Below, piece after piece: positions 1-9,612 of a stretch of 64,000 nucleotides of DNA. Under the pieces are notes generated by a model. The model did no database searches. It saw only the letters and a list, made by a program, of their open reading frames with translations, and was not told where the DNA came from. Numbering within the stretch: the stretch's first letter is position 1; every line of letters starts with the position of its first letter. Origin of the DNA: Bacteroidota bacterium (lineage in GTDB: Bacteria > Bacteroidota > Bacteroidia > Bacteroidales > F082); the NCBI GenBank assembly GCA_016715945.1, contig JADJXJ010000001.1, positions 1,599,367 through 1,663,366 of the forward strand, in the 5' to 3' direction. The position numbers and the translations under genes are program-made.

Positions 1-378
1 GCCGTAGCGGACTTTGTACCACCAGGCAATCAGCGCCAGGCGGGTAAGTACATGCACGTGAATGAGGTCGGGTACGCCATGTTTCCTGCGAACCAGCCTG
101 ATTCCCAAAAAGTTTGCCCTCAGAAACCGCCAGAGATTTAGCAGCCTGGAAAACGATTTTGGAAAATAGATGACAAAAGTTGTCAGTCCGGGTTCGTTGG
201 TTTCGACAACTTCGTATCCCCGTGACCTTTTGTCATCAGCATGCACATAAACCACCGAAACCTGGCAAAAGCTGGATACCGCTTCGGCATGACGACGAAT
301 GAACAAGCCGGGCATTGGATCGTATCTATTTGGATACCAACGCGGCAGATAGAGTACATGCAGTTTCTGGCTGTTCAT
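1..378 (-). CDS. glycosyltransferase (GT4-like), N-terminal 126 codons only; the gene runs off the left edge of the window
   Basis: Own translation of the minus strand from ATG 378-376 gives MNSQKLHVLYLPRWYPNRYDPMPGLFIRRHAEAVSSFCQVSVVYVHADD..., open to position 1. ATGA start/stop overlap with the upstream ATPase gene. The N-terminus resembles Bacteroidota GT4 enzymes. Absent from the ORF track because it is truncated. Confidence 0.45.
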   Translation of the reverse strand, partial: MNSQKLHVLYLPRWYPNRYDPMPGLFIRRHAEAVSSFCQVSVVYVHADDKRSRGYEVVETNEPGLTTFVIYFPKSFSRLLNLWRFLRANFLGIRLVRRKHGVPDLIHVHVLTRLALIAWWYKVRYG

Positions 379-896
379 TCTTTTACACCCAACACCTGAT
401 TCACCTTACCGATAGCGTTCTGAAGGCGCTGATTTCCAGCCCCGCTGATCACCGCATAGGGCCAGTTGCGTGCTTCGAGCTCCGCCCGATACAAATTAAA
501 CAAAGCATCGCGCTTGTCCGGATGTTCGCGCAGCGGATCGGGCTGCCAGGGCAGGTCGATGTCGCAAAGCAGATAAAGATCGAACTCCTGACGGTCGGTA
601 AGCTGCCGGATGCTTTCGGGGCATGTGCCAAAGACAAACTCACTCCAGATTTTGCACACAAGCAACTCAGTATCAGCAAAAAGCAAGGGCGAATCTTTGA
701 CCATGGCATTGCGGATGAGCTGGTCCTGACGCATGGCGATGTATTCAATGTCTTCGGGGGTGTACTTCCTGCCAAGGTTTTGCAGATAAGTGCGCGCAAA
801 TTCGGGCACCCAGAGGCAGCCGTAATACACTGCCAGCCTAGAGGCCAGCCACGATTTGCCGGTCGATTCCGGACCGGTCACAGCTACTTTAAGCAT
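375..896 (-). CDS. NadR-type AAA ATPase / nicotinamide riboside kinase-like protein (RNK domain only)
   Basis: 173 aa with Walker A GPESTGKS at the N-terminus. Overall similarity to the C-terminal ribosylnicotinamide kinase domain of NadR. Sits immediately downstream of pnuC with an 8-nt overlap. Confidence 0.75.
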   Translation of the reverse strand: MLKVAVTGPESTGKSWLASRLAVYYGCLWVPEFARTYLQNLGRKYTPEDIEYIAMRQDQLIRNAMVKDSPLLFADTELLVCKIWSEFVFGTCPESIRQLTDRQEFDLYLLCDIDLPWQPDPLREHPDKRDALFNLYRAELEARNWPYAVISGAGNQRLQNAIGKVNQVLGVKE

Positions 897-1497
897 ACAC
901 GGCCTCCTTTCGCCAGCGGATGAGTCCGAGCACCGCCAGGATTAAAAACACAAAAAACTGAAAACTTGTGAATACCAACTCTTTATGAAAATATAACGGG
1001 ACAGAAACCACATCGCCAACAATCCAGTAGATCCAGTTTTCAACCTTTTTGAGCGCCATCAGCCACATGCCGGTGATAAAGATGGCAGTTGTGAAGGCAT
1101 CCATGTAAGGTACTGTGCTGTCGGTATAGCGACGCAAGACATATTGCATGACAACAAAAGAAAAAGCAGTAGATACCAACGCAATGAGATTCAATTTTCT
1201 ACTGGCCCAGCTCACCGGCAATTGCGGCCTTCCTTCCGACGGCTGCAACCACTTGTACCAACCATAGACACTCATAACAAAATACACCCAGTTGATGAAC
1301 ATATCGGCATACAGGCCAACCTTGTAAGTGATGTACACATAAATCAGCACGCTGATGATGCCTGTCGGAAACACCAGGATGTTGACCTTCATGCTGTAAA
1401 ACACGCTCAGCAGGCCAAACACAACGGCAACCAGCTCGAGGGTACTGCTCTGAATAATGTTGTCGGCAAAGAGTTGCCAGAACTCACTCGGCGTCAT
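889..1497 (-). CDS. pnuC: PnuC-family nicotinamide riboside (or related vitamin) transporter
   Basis: Polytopic membrane protein with the PnuC-like stretch FINWVYFVMSVYGWYKWL. I prefer the ATG at 1497 (MTPSEFWQL...) over the track start at 1536. Overlaps the upstream gene stop by 14 nt. Confidence 0.8.
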   Translation of the reverse strand: MTPSEFWQLFADNIIQSSTLELVAVVFGLLSVFYSMKVNILVFPTGIISVLIYVYITYKVGLYADMFINWVYFVMSVYGWYKWLQPSEGRPQLPVSWASRKLNLIALVSTAFSFVVMQYVLRRYTDSTVPYMDAFTTAIFITGMWLMALKKVENWIYWIVGDVVSVPLYFHKELVFTSFQFFVFLILAVLGLIRWRKEAVYA

Positions 1498-1744
1498 AGC
1501 GAATATTACGGTCGCTGTTGACAATCTTGAGCACAAACACGGAGTGCGGCAACTCGAACGACCTTTTAATTTCGTTTTGCAAAGCTTGCATTACGGCATC
1601 GTACTCACCGAAAACCTGAGTGCTTAGTCCGTTTGTAACACACTGTATATCTGAGTATTGATTTAATCTTTCAATAAATTCACGAATCGGCGGGATGTAC
1701 TCTTCCACCAGGGGGTAGTAGCTTATGTCGACCGAAATTTTCAT
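1484..1744 (-). CDS. MTH1187/YkoF-family (UPF0045) small thiamine-binding-like protein
   Basis: 86 aa from an internal ATG (cat at 1742-1744): MKISVDISYYPLVEEYIPPIREFIERLNQ... This is a typical UPF0045 N-terminus. The longer track ORF (to 1966) runs antisense through the DUF423 gene. Confidence 0.65.
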   Translation of the reverse strand: MKISVDISYYPLVEEYIPPIREFIERLNQYSDIQCVTNGLSTQVFGEYDAVMQALQNEIKRSFELPHSVFVLKIVNSDRNIRYDAE

Positions 1745-1802
1745 CTGTATTAAAATTTGTGTAAAATTAGCTTTTCTTCGCGTTCTCCAATCTTTCAACC
1801 GC

Positions 1803-2198
1803 ATGAAGCAATACAGGATAATCGTCACCGGCGCGGCTCTTGCCGCCCTGGCCGTGGCAGCCGGAGCTTTTGGCGCCCATGGACTTAAAGGGAAAATTTC
1901 ACCTGCCGACCTGGCAAATTTCGAAACAGCAGTGAGGTACCAGCTGATCCATGCCCTGGCCATCATACTTCTTGGAGCTATCAGTAATCAATTGCAAAAT
2001 AAGCTGGCAACCTGGTCATTCAGAGCGTTTTGGTTTGGGGTGATATGTTTCTCCGGCTCACTTTACCTGCTTTCCACCAAAACCCTCAGTTCGCTAGAAT
2101 TGGCCTGGTTGTGGCCAGTTACGCCCCTGGGTGGTGTGAGCATGATTCTGGGCTGGATATTGTTGGCCTTGGCTGCATACAAATCATCAAATGCCTGA
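1803..2198 (+). CDS. DUF423 (YgdD/TMEM256-like) small membrane protein
   Basis: MKQYRIIVTGAALAALAVAAGAFGAHGLKG..VRYQLIHALAI. Four predicted TM helices and the characteristic GAFGAHG motif. Confidence 0.75.
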   Translation: MKQYRIIVTGAALAALAVAAGAFGAHGLKGKISPADLANFETAVRYQLIHALAIILLGAISNQLQNKLATWSFRAFWFGVICFSGSLYLLSTKTLSSLELAWLWPVTPLGGVSMILGWILLALAAYKSSNA

Positions 2199-2306
2199 TC
2201 AGGATCAAGGCCGGGTCTTCTTATTATAACTTATTCATATTTAATTTATTAAATCTTCAGGCGCAGAATACCTGTCGTGAAACCTTTTTTAAATAACCTT
2301 AAAAAT

Positions 2307-2314
2307 TAGCTTTG
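2307..2314 (+). promoter_or_regulatory. candidate -7 box TAGCTTTG (TAnnTTTG) upstream of the FG-GAP gene
   Basis: Matches the Bacteroidota primary-sigma -7 consensus. Lies 47 nt upstream of ATG 2361. Confidence 0.35.
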
Positions 2315-2360
2315 TGGGGCATTTGTCAGCTCAGTTCACAAACAAAAAAATGAAAAGAAA

Positions 2361-5300
2361 ATGAAAAGTAGGATACTCATCGTGCTGGCTGTTTTATCGG
2401 GACTGGCCAGCAGACTTGGGGCACAGGAACCTTTTACGCAATTGCCGCAAAATTTTGTACCGGTCTATCTTGGTTCGTCTGTTTGGGCTGACTACGATCG
2501 CGACGGGCACATGGACCTGTATGTCACAGGGTGGCGCAGCCAGGGCGGGAGCACTTCGGCGCCATCGTCGTATCTCTACCGCAACAATGGTGATGGCACG
2601 TTCAGCGAGGTAAGCACGTCCGTTGTACCCCTTGGTGCAAGTGCGGCTGCCTGGGGTGATTTTGACAACGATGGCTATCCTGACCTCGCCGTAGCCGGGA
2701 ATACGGGCGCAAGTGCTTATGATGCAAGAATTTACCGCAACAATGGCAATGGAACATTCACAGATATCCAGGCCGGGCTGGCCCCACTCCTTACCCCTGC
2801 CCTTGCATGGGGCGACCTCAACAACGACGGCTTGCCCGACCTGATCGCATCCGGCACTGCGCAGGATGGATCCGCCTTTACCGGCATTTATTACAACAAT
2901 GGCAACAATACCTTCAGCCTGGCAACGGCAAGCCTGCCACAACTTACGCAGTCAGCCGTAGCAATTGCCGATCTTAATCTGGATGGCCTGAACGACATCA
3001 TCATTTGCGGACGACTTGGCACATCCAACTACATATCAAGGCTATACCTAAATCAGGGCAACGGCAGCTTCATTCAGGCCTTCAGCTTCGAGCCGGCACG
3101 CTATCCAGCCATCGACATTGCCGATGTGGACGGCGACGGCCTGCCGGATGTGGTGATCCAGGGTGGCAATAACACCGATGTGCTTCACACAAGTTTGTAC
3201 AAGAACCAGGGTGGCGGCAACTTTCAGCTGATTCCCAATCCGTTTACCGGCGTTTATCAGGGTTGGGCAGCCTTTGGCGATTACAACAACGACGGCGCTC
3301 CCGACCTGGCCATCACAGGCTCCAATGTGCCCACAGGTGCAACACGTATTACAAAACTCTACAGCAACAACGGAAGTGGTATTTTCTCCGAGGTAACCGC
3401 TGCCGGGTTCCCCGGCCTGCGCCGCTCGATGGTGCAATGGGGAGACATGAACAACGACGGCAAGCTCGACCTGCTGATCACGGGCTACTTCAATGTAAGC
3501 GACTACATGACAAGGGTTTATGTCAATAACGCCCCGCTTGCCAACACCCCTCCGCTTCCACCCGCTGGTTTGACGAGCAACATCAGCGGAAACGAAGTTC
3601 AATTGACCTGGCTGGCGGCTTCCGACGCACAGACACCTGTTTCATCGCTCACCTATAACCTCAGGGTGGGCACCTCACCCGGGAGTGGCAATGTGGTTGC
3701 AGCCCACGCCTTGCCCAACGGCAAACTGACCATACCCCGAAACGGCAACCAGGGCCACAGGCTCAACAAGCTGCTTCAAAACCTGCCCGATGGCACCTAT
3801 TACTGGTCGGTGCAGGCCGTTGACGCTGGATTTATGGGCTCTGAATTTGCTCAGGAACAGTCATTTACAATAGGAAGTCCAGCAGCTCACGAAGTCACCT
3901 TTGTTGTAACACACAATGGCCAGGCCATCGCGCAGGCCCTCGTCGAGACCCCTGCCGGCAATGCATTCACCAACAGCCTGGGGCATGCCACCCTCACCTT
4001 GCCTGCAGGCAACCATGCCTGGTTTGTGAACAAATCGCCATTCCGCCAGGCCTTCGGCTTTGTTCAGGTGAATGCACCAACCCAGATTGAGGTGAGCCTG
4101 CAAAACGAAATCCCTGTAAATCTGCCGTTTACCGAACTTTTCAATATTGGTCAACAACCGGCAGGCTGGCACAACCAAGTGGAAAACAACAACTTTGCCC
4201 GTTGGCATTTTAATGGCACTGTAGCCATGGCAGGCACAGCCAGTGCGGGGCCGGCCAATCCGGTACATACACACCTCACCAGTCCGGAGGTGCTTACAGA
4301 AGGCCTCATCGGCAACCTGAAGCTGAGCTTCAGCCACCGGTTGACCATCACCGGAAGTGGCGCAAAAGCCCGGGTGTATGTTTACCGCCAAACCCAGAGT
4401 CTGCCGGTGTGGGAGCAGATTGCTGAATACACGCAAGGCACAGGTGGCTCAGGAGGGTTCGTAAATGTGGATATTCCTATCCCGATAAATGCCGGTGCGA
4501 GCTCAGTGCGCCTGCGGTTTGAGCTTGAGGAAACCCAAACCTCCCCAGGTTTGTGGGAAATTGACCAGGTAGAATTGCTTTATCAGCCTGCAGGCACGCA
4601 TGAGGTTCAGATTGTGGCGGTGCGTCCTGCTGCTAACCTTCAGGCACCCTGGTTCATGACAGGCAGTTTTTCGCCTGCGGCTACAGCCAAAAATATTGGC
4701 CTTCAGCCCATTGAAAACCTCAGCCTGGAGGTAAGATACAACGGCGCAATCGTTAGCCAGAGCGCAGCAGTGAATCTCGCACCGGGTCAAACAAACCTCC
4801 TTGAAGCAACACCTGCATTCAACCCTCCGGCAGCTCCCGGAACCTATGCACTTGATTACAGGACAGTTGCCCCCGGCCTCGACCTGAACAGCCCAAACAA
4901 CCAGAGGACTTACCAATTGATCCTCACCGACAGCACCTATGCCCAGGACTACGGCACAACCGCTGCAGTGGTAGGTTTTGACACAGGGCTTGAAGCCGGG
5001 CATGTTTTTTCGGTGGAGGGCATTCGCATAGCTTCGCTGGTTGCCAACTCAATAGGTATCCACTGGTCGCCTTCGCAAGCAAGCGGCAGCTTTGGTTTTG
5101 CAATCTATGAGCTCGCGCCGGCTTCAAACAGCATCCAACAACTTGTTTATCAGTCGCCTGCAATAAACATATCGGCCTCCGATGCCGGACAGTACAGGAT
5201 TTATCCCCTGTCCGGCGCCGTAATTCTCGATTTCAACACGAGGTATGCACTGCTGTTGCAATCCAACAGCACCGAACTCCAAGTCATGTCGGACGGCCAG

Positions 5301-5648
5301 AATGTGCAGGGTTACCATAAAAAGACGGGCAATGAGCTTGTGCAGGTTGCCACTCCGCAGCATGGTGCACCTTTGTTGCGACTGAATGTGCAACTGGTGG
5401 GAGGCATTCCATCCGGAAAAAAAGAAACTACGGTGGTTTATCCCAATCCCACCCGAGATGTGGTTAGGCTGCTCAATCCCGGCAACGACACCAGGGCGAT
5501 GGTTTACACTGCCGACGGAAGGCTTGTAATGCAGACTTTATTGATACAGGACGGGGCTGAGATCAACCTTTCGCAGCTGAAGCCCGGGCTTTACCTGATT
5601 CGCCTGTCCGAAAGCGGACGGACGACAATTGTGGAGCGCATCCCCTGA
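2361..5648 (+). CDS. secreted FG-GAP/VCBS-repeat protein with Fn3-like region and T9SS type-A C-terminal sorting domain
   Basis: Signal peptide, then at least 6 repeats of the type GDxxNDGxxDL (GDFDNDGYPDL, GDLNNDGLPDL, ADVDGDGLPDV, GDMNNDGKLDL...). C-terminus is VVYPNPTRDVV...LKPGLYLIRLSESGRTTIVERIP. Confidence 0.85.
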   Translation: MKSRILIVLAVLSGLASRLGAQEPFTQLPQNFVPVYLGSSVWADYDRDGHMDLYVTGWRSQGGSTSAPSSYLYRNNGDGTFSEVSTSVVPLGASAAAWGDFDNDGYPDLAVAGNTGASAYDARIYRNNGNGTFTDIQAGLAPLLTPALAWGDLNNDGLPDLIASGTAQDGSAFTGIYYNNGNNTFSLATASLPQLTQSAVAIADLNLDGLNDIIICGRLGTSNYISRLYLNQGNGSFIQAFSFEPARYPAIDIADVDGDGLPDVVIQGGNNTDVLHTSLYKNQGGGNFQLIPNPFTGVYQGWAAFGDYNNDGAPDLAITGSNVPTGATRITKLYSNNGSGIFSEVTAAGFPGLRRSMVQWGDMNNDGKLDLLITGYFNVSDYMTRVYVNNAPLANTPPLPPAGLTSNISGNEVQLTWLAASDAQTPVSSLTYNLRVGTSPGSGNVVAAHALPNGKLTIPRNGNQGHRLNKLLQNLPDGTYYWSVQAVDAGFMGSEFAQEQSFTIGSPAAHEVTFVVTHNGQAIAQALVETPAGNAFTNSLGHATLTLPAGNHAWFVNKSPFRQAFGFVQVNAPTQIEVSLQNEIPVNLPFTELFNIGQQPAGWHNQVENNNFARWHFNGTVAMAGTASAGPANPVHTHLTSPEVLTEGLIGNLKLSFSHRLTITGSGAKARVYVYRQTQSLPVWEQIAEYTQGTGGSGGFVNVDIPIPINAGASSVRLRFELEETQTSPGLWEIDQVELLYQPAGTHEVQIVAVRPAANLQAPWFMTGSFSPAATAKNIGLQPIENLSLEVRYNGAIVSQSAAVNLAPGQTNLLEATPAFNPPAAPGTYALDYRTVAPGLDLNSPNNQRTYQLILTDSTYAQDYGTTAAVVGFDTGLEAGHVFSVEGIRIASLVANSIGIHWSPSQASGSFGFAIYELAPASNSIQQLVYQSPAINISASDAGQYRIYPLSGAVILDFNTRYALLLQSNSTELQVMSDGQNVQGYHKKTGNELVQVATPQHGAPLLRLNVQLVGGIPSGKKETTVVYPNPTRDVVRLLNPGNDTRAMVYTADGRLVMQTLLIQDGAEINLSQLKPGLYLIRLSESGRTTIVERIP

Positions 5649-5651
5649 GCG

Positions 5652-6404
5652 TCACTTGTTATCGTGATCCGGCGTTTTCCCCAAGGCGGCAAGTTCCAGC
5701 CGGCGCTTGTACATCTGAATGGTATTTTCGATGCCAAAGTAGAGGGCTTCGCTGATCAGCGCGTGCCCGATGGAAACTTCGAGCAAGCCCGGAATGTTGG
5801 CCGCAAAATACTGCACATTGTCCAGGTTGAGGTCGTGGCCGGCATTGAGTCCGATTCCCAGTTTGTTGGCTTCGCGGGCCGCCTCCACAAAAGGAGCAAT
5901 GGCCTTTGCCGGATCAGCAGTGTAATGCCGGGCATACGACTCGGTGTACAACTCCACCCTGTCGGTGCCGGTTTCCAGGGCATGGCGCACCATTTCCGGA
6001 TCGGGGTCAACGAAGATCGAAACCCTGATGCCGGCTTCGTGAAAGCGCTGGATGACCTCCTTCAGGAAGCTTTTATGCCGGATGGTATCCCAGCCGTGGT
6101 CGCTGGTCAATTGGCCGGGGTCGTCGGGCACGAGGGTTACCTGGTCGGCTTTGTTGTTGATTACCAACTGAATAAATTGCTCGGTAGGATTGCCTTCGAT
6201 ATTGAACTCTGTATGCACGATGGGGCGGAGCAATTCCACATCGCGAAAGGTGATGTGGCGCTGGTCGGGCCGGGGATGGACGGTGATGCCATCGGCGCCA
6301 AAACGTTGGCAGTCGATGGCAAACTGCTGCACGTCGGGCACATTACCTCCCCTGGCATTGCGCAGGGTAGCCACCTTATTGATATTTACACTCAGACGGG
6401 TCAT
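5652..6404 (-). CDS. pdxJ: pyridoxine 5'-phosphate synthase
   Basis: MTRLSVNINKVATLRNARGGNVPDVQQFA...GITVHPRPDQRHI is a typical PdxJ sequence. Start taken at the internal ATG 6404; the 105-aa track extension overlaps dtd and looks non-coding. Confidence 0.9.
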   Translation of the reverse strand: MTRLSVNINKVATLRNARGGNVPDVQQFAIDCQRFGADGITVHPRPDQRHITFRDVELLRPIVHTEFNIEGNPTEQFIQLVINNKADQVTLVPDDPGQLTSDHGWDTIRHKSFLKEVIQRFHEAGIRVSIFVDPDPEMVRHALETGTDRVELYTESYARHYTADPAKAIAPFVEAAREANKLGIGLNAGHDLNLDNVQYFAANIPGLLEVSIGHALISEALYFGIENTIQMYKRRLELAALGKTPDHDNK

Positions 6405-6453
6405 TTCGGATTTTTGCGCAAAATTACGACTTTTGAAGCCCTGAATTTTTGTT

Positions 6454-6906
6454 ATGAGGGCAGTGATACAACGTGTAGGAAGGGCCTCGGTGAGCATTGA
6501 AAACGAAGTGACCGGCCGGATTGCCAAAGGCATGCTCATCTTGCTAGGCATTGAAGAGTCTGATAATGAAGAGGATGTGGACTGGCTTTGTGGCAAACTC
6601 AGCCGTTTACGCATTTTTCCCGACGAAAACGGGGTGATGAATCTCGACATCCAGGCTGTGGGAGGAGCGTTTCTGGTGGTTTCGCAGTTCACACTGCACG
6701 CCAGCACCAAGAAGGGCAACCGACCAAGTTATATTCGTTCAGCCAGGCCGGAAACAGCCATTCCGCTATATGAGATGTTTGTAGAAAAGCTTGCGGACAC
6801 ATCCGGCTGTGCCGTGCAAACCGGACGCTTCGGGGCAATGATGCAGGTGGAACTGGTCAATGAGGGGCCGGTAACCATTATCATCGACACAAAAAACAAA
6901 GAGTGA
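6454..6906 (+). CDS. dtd: D-aminoacyl-tRNA deacylase
   Basis: 150 aa: MRAVIQRVGRASVSIENEVTGRIAKGMLILLGI...SQFTLHA...GNRPSY. Canonical Dtd. Confidence 0.9.
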   Translation: MRAVIQRVGRASVSIENEVTGRIAKGMLILLGIEESDNEEDVDWLCGKLSRLRIFPDENGVMNLDIQAVGGAFLVVSQFTLHASTKKGNRPSYIRSARPETAIPLYEMFVEKLADTSGCAVQTGRFGAMMQVELVNEGPVTIIIDTKNKE

Positions 6907-6952
6907 CCCGTCCAGGCCACTCTTAGAAAACTGTTTTTCTTTACGAGGTTTG

Positions 6953-7957
6953 CTACAAAGCGTGTTCTGGTATCTTGCCCGTTAGCGTTTTGAAAAAGTT
7001 AATCAAGGTTTGCACCTCTTCCTGGTTGAGCTGTTTGCCCAGTTGGGTGTAGGCCATGATGCGGATAGCTTCTTCCAGACTTTCCACACTTCCATCGTGG
7101 AAATAAGGCGCTGTCATTTCGATATTGCGCAGCGAAGGGGTTTTGAAGACATATTTTTCTGATTCGTTGCCTGTTACTGCTGCCCTTCCCGGATCGGGTT
7201 GCGAACCTGTGAATTCGTAATAGGGGCTGTGCACCAGGCCGAAGCGCTGCATCATATTGCCTCCGAGACCTGGTCCCACATGGCAGGCAATGCAGCCGGT
7301 TTCGATAAACATGCTCAGGCCTTGTTTTTGTTCATCCGTGAGGGCATCGAATGCTCCTTCGAGGAAAGCATCAAATGCTGCCGGTGTGGCCAGTGTGCCT
7401 TCGAATTCAGCAATGGCAATTGCAAAATTATCGAAGGTGATGGGGTCGTCCTTACCTGGAAAAGCTGCAGCAAACATTTCGACATATTCAGGCATGGAAC
7501 GAAGGATACGGACCACATCTTCAGGGCTTTGCAATCCCATCTCGATGGGATTGAGCACCGGCCCCTTGGCCTGATCGGCCAGGTCGGGCGAACGGCCATC
7601 CCAAAACTGGGCTACATGAAACCAGGCATTGAAGGTGGTCGGGCTGTTGCGCGTTCCCAGGCTTCCATCGTGGCCGGGAGAAACCCGCTTGTTGTCCACA
7701 CCATAGGTGGCAATGGGATGGCAGCTGTTGCAACTAAGCTGTCCGTTGGCTGAGAAAGCCGTTTCGTAATAAAGTTTCTTGCCCAGCTGCGCCAGCGGCG
7801 TATTGGGATCGTTGGCAGGTGGCAAAGTAGCAAAATAACGTCTGGCCGTTTCGAGCAACATCTGATCGGCCTCGCTCATTTTTTTGTCTTTCTGACCTCC
7901 GCCACAGGCCAAAAACATTGCAGCAGCTGCCAGAAATAACCACAGGTAAGCTTTCAT
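6953..7957 (-). CDS. di-haem cytochrome c peroxidase (CCP/MauG family), probable lipoprotein
   Basis: Two CxxCH haem motifs (CNSCHP, CIACHV). N-terminus MKAYLWLFLAAAAMFLACGG has a lipobox. Start chosen at ATG 7957. Confidence 0.85.
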   Translation of the reverse strand: MKAYLWLFLAAAAMFLACGGGQKDKKMSEADQMLLETARRYFATLPPANDPNTPLAQLGKKLYYETAFSANGQLSCNSCHPIATYGVDNKRVSPGHDGSLGTRNSPTTFNAWFHVAQFWDGRSPDLADQAKGPVLNPIEMGLQSPEDVVRILRSMPEYVEMFAAAFPGKDDPITFDNFAIAIAEFEGTLATPAAFDAFLEGAFDALTDEQKQGLSMFIETGCIACHVGPGLGGNMMQRFGLVHSPYYEFTGSQPDPGRAAVTGNESEKYVFKTPSLRNIEMTAPYFHDGSVESLEEAIRIMAYTQLGKQLNQEEVQTLINFFKTLTGKIPEHAL

Positions 7958-8076
7958 ATCATATTGTATTGGTTCGATGAGCGAATTTAGGGAAAACTTT
8001 CGGTGAAAACAACGGGCCTTTTGATTCCGAACGGCCATGCAATTGCATTAATTTCGTTCCGAGCTAAACACGCTAT

Positions 8077-9612
8077 ATGATTTCGGCCACAAAGATTCTG
8101 AACATCGCACAAATCCGTCAAGCCGATGCTTACACGATTGCGCATGAGCCCATCAGCTCGGTCGATCTGATGGAACGGGCAGCCGGAAACCTTTACAACG
8201 CACTCAAGCCCAGGCTTGGCCGTGAAAAACAGATACTCATTTTTTGCGGAACCGGAAACAACGGCGGAGACGGCCTTGTGCTTGCCCGAAAGATGCTCGA
8301 GGATGGTTTCCATGCCGAAACTTTCGTGCTGCGCATGGGCAACAACGAAAGCAACGATTTCACCATTAACCTGGAGCGTTTGCTTGCGCTTGGCGGCAAG
8401 GTGCAGGAGATCAGCAACAAGGCGCAGTTTCCTACGATTTCCAGCCACAGCATTGTGGTGGATGCGCTTTTTGGCTCGGGATTGAGCCGGCCGCTCGACG
8501 GGACGGCCGCCGAGCTGGTGCTTCATATCAATGAAAGCGAGGCAATTGTGATCAGCGTGGACATGCCCTCGGGGCTCTTTGCCGACAAGCCCATGCCCAA
8601 AGGCTTACAGGCTGTGGTGCAGGCCGATTACACTTTTACTTTCGAGCTGCCCAGGCTGGCCTTTTTGATGCCTGAAAATGAGTTTTTTGTTGGCAACTGG
8701 CAGGTTATACCCATCTGCCTGCACCCTGATTATCTGGCTCAGGCCGACACCCATTATTACTACCTTGAGGCCGGTGGGCTGGCCGGATTGCTCAAGGGGC
8801 GTCGAAGGCATGCCCACAAGGGCGATTTCGGGCACGCCCTGCTCATTGCCGGCTCGCGCGACAAGGGTGGGGCAGCCCTGCTGGCGGCCGGAGCCTGCCT
8901 GCGCAGTGGAACAGGACTGCTGCATGTGCACCTCCCCCAGGCCATTGCACCGGCCCTGCTGGCTAAGCTTCCCGAAGCAATGATCAGCCCCGAAGATGCA
9001 GACTGCTTTACGAGGCTGCCCGAGCTGTCGCCCTACCATGCCATAGGCGTGGGGCCGGGACTTGGAACAGCGCCAGAAACAGCCAATGCACTCAAATTGC
9101 TCATCCAGCAATCGCGGGTACCGCTGATTCTCGATGCCGACGCCCTGAACCTTCTGGCTGAGCATCCAACCTGGCTGGCTTTTTTGCCCAAAGGCAGCAT
9201 ACTCACACCTCACCCCGGCGAATTCAGGCGGCTTACCGGCAGCTGGACCGACAGTTTTGAGCGGCTCGAAATGCAACGTGCCATGTCGCTGAAGCACGGC
9301 CTCATCATCGTGCTCAAAGGAGCATACACCTGTGTGAGCATGCCCGACGGCCGATGTTTTTTCAACAGCAGCGGCAATCCAGGCATGGCAACGGCAGGCA
9401 GCGGCGATGTGCTTACCGGCGTGATCACCGGACTGGTTTCGCGAGGCTACTCCCCCCACGAAGCAGCATTGCTGGGCGTTTATCTGCACGGACTGGCAGG
9501 CGACCTGGCCGCAGAAACATTGGGTTTCGAAAGTCTTATTGCCAGCGATATCACGGCACACCTGGGCAAGGCTTTTGCAAAGTTGCAGGAAATCAGGTTT
9601 AATCAACCCTGA
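8077..9612 (+). CDS. nnr: bifunctional NAD(P)H-hydrate repair enzyme (epimerase + ADP-dependent dehydratase)
   Basis: 511 aa. YjeF-N part ([15 protein letters not shown]) followed by a carbohydrate-kinase-like YjeF-C part ([13 protein letters not shown]). Confidence 0.9.
   Translation: MISATKILNIAQIRQADAYTIAHEPISSVDLMERAAGNLYNALKPRLGREKQILIFCGTGNNGGDGLVLARKMLEDGFHAETFVLRMGNNESNDFTINLERLLALGGKVQEISNKAQFPTISSHSIVVDALFGSGLSRPLDGTAAELVLHINESEAIVISVDMPSGLFADKPMPKGLQAVVQADYTFTFELPRLAFLMPENEFFVGNWQVIPICLHPDYLAQADTHYYYLEAGGLAGLLKGRRRHAHKGDFGHALLIAGSRDKGGAALLAAGACLRSGTGLLHVHLPQAIAPALLAKLPEAMISPEDADCFTRLPELSPYHAIGVGPGLGTAPETANALKLLIQQSRVPLILDADALNLLAEHPTWLAFLPKGSILTPHPGEFRRLTGSWTDSFERLEMQRAMSLKHGLIIVLKGAYTCVSMPDGRCFFNSSGNPGMATAGSGDVLTGVITGLVSRGYSPHEAALLGVYLHGLAGDLAAETLGFESLIASDITAHLGKAFAKLQEIRFNQP

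Noticed and set aside
315-923. 202-aa plus-strand ORF
   Set aside because: Antisense to the P-loop RNK-like gene, which has a clean Walker A motif and operon context.
5652-6719. Long N-terminal extensions offered by the ORF track (pdxJ to 6719; also 1484-1966, 12986-13159, 38572-38874, 45103-46416, 56237-57520)
   Set aside because: The extensions overlap neighbouring genes or promoters and start at non-ATG codons in several cases. They precede an internal ATG that yields the canonical family N-terminus or a signal peptide. The shorter models were used.
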